Origin: Heptranchias perlo
Taxonomy: Eukaryota
Assembly (NCBI RefSeq): GCF_035084215.1
Contig: NC_090349.1
Location: forward strand, 10,974,001-11,038,000
DNA: 64,000 bases
Direction: 5' to 3'
The notes beneath the pieces were generated by a model. That model saw only the letters and a program-made list of their open reading frames with translations, had not been told where the DNA came from and ran no database searches. A program made the position numbers and the translations under genes. This document shows, in pieces, positions 61,431-64,000 of this stretch (positions are counted from its first letter, which is position 1; every line of letters begins with the position of its first letter).

Positions 61431-62007
61431 GCTGGTGTAATTACAGTCCAAAATATAATTTCCAATTGTTTATCGTGTGGTCACATAGTCTCATTGTGAC
61501 AGGTTAATGCCGCAGGATGGAGGAAAGAGGCCATGGAGGTCCCAAGTCATCATCCTCTTGTTTAGAGATGTTAAACTGCCTATAGAAAACAAAATCTTAA
61601 CTATCTTAAAATATATTGCTTTTAACTTCAATGGGGAAAGTATCCATAAAACACAAGAATTCTTTTAGTGTTCAGCATTTCTGGCATTTGGCCAATGTAT
61701 ATTAAGGATGAATCAAACTCTGTAAGCGACCAGTTTACTTATTATTACAAGATATTATATCCTCAATAGTTTGCCAGAAGGAGCTAGGAGAACAACAGAC
61801 TGTTTTAAACAGTCATCCCAGTTGTGTGTATTATGAATTACCGCTTGTACAGTGTAGTATTTTGTCACTATCTTTGCTTCTGTGAATCGTCTAATTGTAA
61901 AGAAATTTCGTCAGTAGTTTTAGCTGGTACGCAGTGGGTCTAGCATTTGATATTTAGATTGATGGGAGACCTAGTTGGCAACCTATGCAAATCCCATTCA
62001 CCATAGG

Positions 62008-62285
62008 TACAATAGTGTGGTGGGTATGGTCTAGCATCCCAGATGTTGTGAATTCAAATCCCACCATGACAAGTTGTGAAATTGAATTCAATAAATATGG
62101 TAATTTGTGGGCTAGTATCAGAAAAAATGACCATGAAATCTGCTGGATTGTCATTAAAAACCCAACTGGTTCACCAGTGTCCTTCAGAGAATAGAACCTG
62201 CCACCCCTACCAAATCTGGCCTGCACTTGAGTCGAATCTATACTACTTGGTTGACTCTTAAAACCCCTGACTTCAGAGGGCATTA
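62008..62285 (+). mobile_element. HE1-like SINE
   Basis: tRNA-like head (gaattcaaatcccaccatg) and body aaaatgaccatgaaa...aaaaacccaactggttcac; similar to the copy at 18340. Confidence 0.65.
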
Positions 62286-63742
62286 AGATTTTTCTGGCTT
62301 ACAAGGGAGAAAATCCATTTTGGTATGATATTGTTCAATGCTAACAAATGATGGTACTCTACGTATGTCTGTAGTATGATTTGGTGCCTGTTGCTACTAG
62401 AAGATGGATTGTCATAGCCAACCACCCAGCCTGCAGGATCACTATAGGCTGTGATGGGCTGAGAGTTTACTCGCTTGCCCTGATGCTCCCCTCTCACTGC
62501 TGGGGCAATTGTGTAACCATCCAAAGTCTATGGGATCTTCCTGATAGAGATTTGTTTGGCATTTTATCGGTACTAAGCTTTATTGCAGTGATTTTTCTTA
62601 GTAAAAACAAATGGCTTTCTTCAGTTCTGATGCAGCTTGTAATGGCATAAAGTTTGATCTGTCAGTTGAGATACTGAACTTCCAAATGTCTTTTTAGAAA
62701 GTTACTGTATCTCCATTTAAAATTTGAGAGTTGGAAATAACTTATCCCCATGAATCAGCTCCTGTAACAGTGACAAGCAAAATCCTGAGCAGAGTGATAC
62801 TTGAGTTTGATGATCGGTTTTTCTAAATAGGTGGAATTCTTTTTTTTATCTTGGCTGCACCCAAAATTTTGTGTAGAATTTGTTCTTCCCAATGCCTTTA
62901 CATAGGGATTAGTGAGGCGAGCATATCGCCCAGCATTTTTCACTTCTCCCCAGTTTAATTTTATTTCCCCTGCAGGAAATATCTAAAGCATACCTGAAGC
63001 TGTCTGTACACTGGTGTCCGTTTAGTTCTGATTCTGCGGAAACCATCAGCTGCGAGCCACTGGCTGTGCTTCCTCATTCCAGTGTGCAGAAGCATAGATC
63101 CACAAAAACTGCATCCATGGATCTGTTACCGGGATAAAGGAGCTGGATTTGGTGGTTTAAACGCAGGGAGCCAGTTCATGCAGTCTGATCTCCCAGAATC
63201 AGAACTGAACGAGCACCAGTGCAAAACTGGCCTTTTACTCTTTGCGTTTACCTGTTCAAATCTCTGCACCCCCCACCCCCCAACTTTGTCTTGGTCAGTT
63301 GTATAAAGGGGTTGTTCCTTGCCTTTTTCCAGTTATGACCCAGGATACCTACCTAAAACATTAATTTACAAGTGATGGACCTATTGTATATTTCCAGAAT
63401 TTTTTGTCTTTTTACTTCAGATTTGCAGTCATTTTTTACCCTCTATCTCTAAAGTGCTTGGGACTGTTTAGCTGGTCTCCTGTGATGTGTGACATGTATC
63501 AAATGTCTGCTTCAGGGAGGCTAGCTTGAACTGTATTTGACCCTCCCTTAGATATGTTTTTATGAAGAAACTGCTTGGGAAAAGCACTTTGATAATATGT
63601 TTCCAACAATGGAAACTAGCAATTTAAGTAATTTCAATGTCAGCATGAATCATTTAGTAACATTCATGCATCTGAGTCAGAGGGTTGTGGGTTCAAACCC
63701 CACTCCAGGATTTGAGTTCGTAATTCAAGCCAACATTTCAGT

Positions 63743-64000
63743 GCTGGAGCGTGTCACGGGCAGGTGGCGCGCTGGAGCGTGTCACGGGCGGGTGGCGCGC
63801 TGGAGCGTGTCACGGGCGGGTGGCGCGCTGGAGCGTGTCACGGGCGGGTGGCGCGCTGGAGCGTGTCACGGGCGGGTGGCGCGCTGGAGCGTGTCACGGG
63901 CGGGTGGCGCGCTGGAGCGTGTCACGGGCGGGTGGCGCGCTGGAGCGTGTCACGGGCGGGTGGCGCGCTGGAGCGTGTCACGGGCAGGGCGGCGCGCTGG
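63743..64000. repeat. 28-bp GC-rich minisatellite (GCTGGAGCGTGTCACGGGCGGGTGGCGC), at least 9 copies, runs off the window
   Basis: Exact 28-bp period (63743, 63771, 63799...). It directly follows a SINE head at ~63670-63742. Confidence 0.97.

Noticed and set aside
62960-63000. Strong plus-strand acceptor (ttttatttcccctgcag) as OSBP2 exon 2
   Set aside because: In the required phase it reads KYLKHT-stop and lacks the expected HTCRGTINL-type PH-domain continuation.

Overview
Vertebrate genomic DNA, most likely a shark (cartilaginous fish), judged from dense CR1 LINEs and shark-type tRNA-derived SINEs. Three genes are visible. (1) A complete minus-strand MZT2 (MOZART2): coding exons 41436-41255, 36193-36045 and 15353-15178, giving 168 aa, with a probable non-coding first exon in the CpG island at ~43.5 kb. 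(2) The first coding exon (PH-domain start) of OSBP2 on the plus strand, head-to-head with MZT2 and followed immediately by a 6.5-kb GC-rich ~34-bp minisatellite with higher-order structure; the very long ORFs there are repeat artefacts. (3) The first coding exon (9175-9058, minus) of a probable uncharacterised P-loop GTPase gene that runs off the left edge. The rest is transposon debris: CR1, L2, Tx1, hAT, LTRs and SINEs. The most notable observations are a candidate 6-nt stop-introducing microexon in MZT2 intron 2, an orphan intron-containing tRNA-Leu(CAA) bracketed by twin CR1 tails next to a Tx1 relic, a strand-asymmetric miRNA-like hairpin, and the A-B-C/A-B-C minisatellite at the OSBP2 splice donor. 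I see no convincing novel multi-gene system. Family names are from recall of known sequences, not from database searches.
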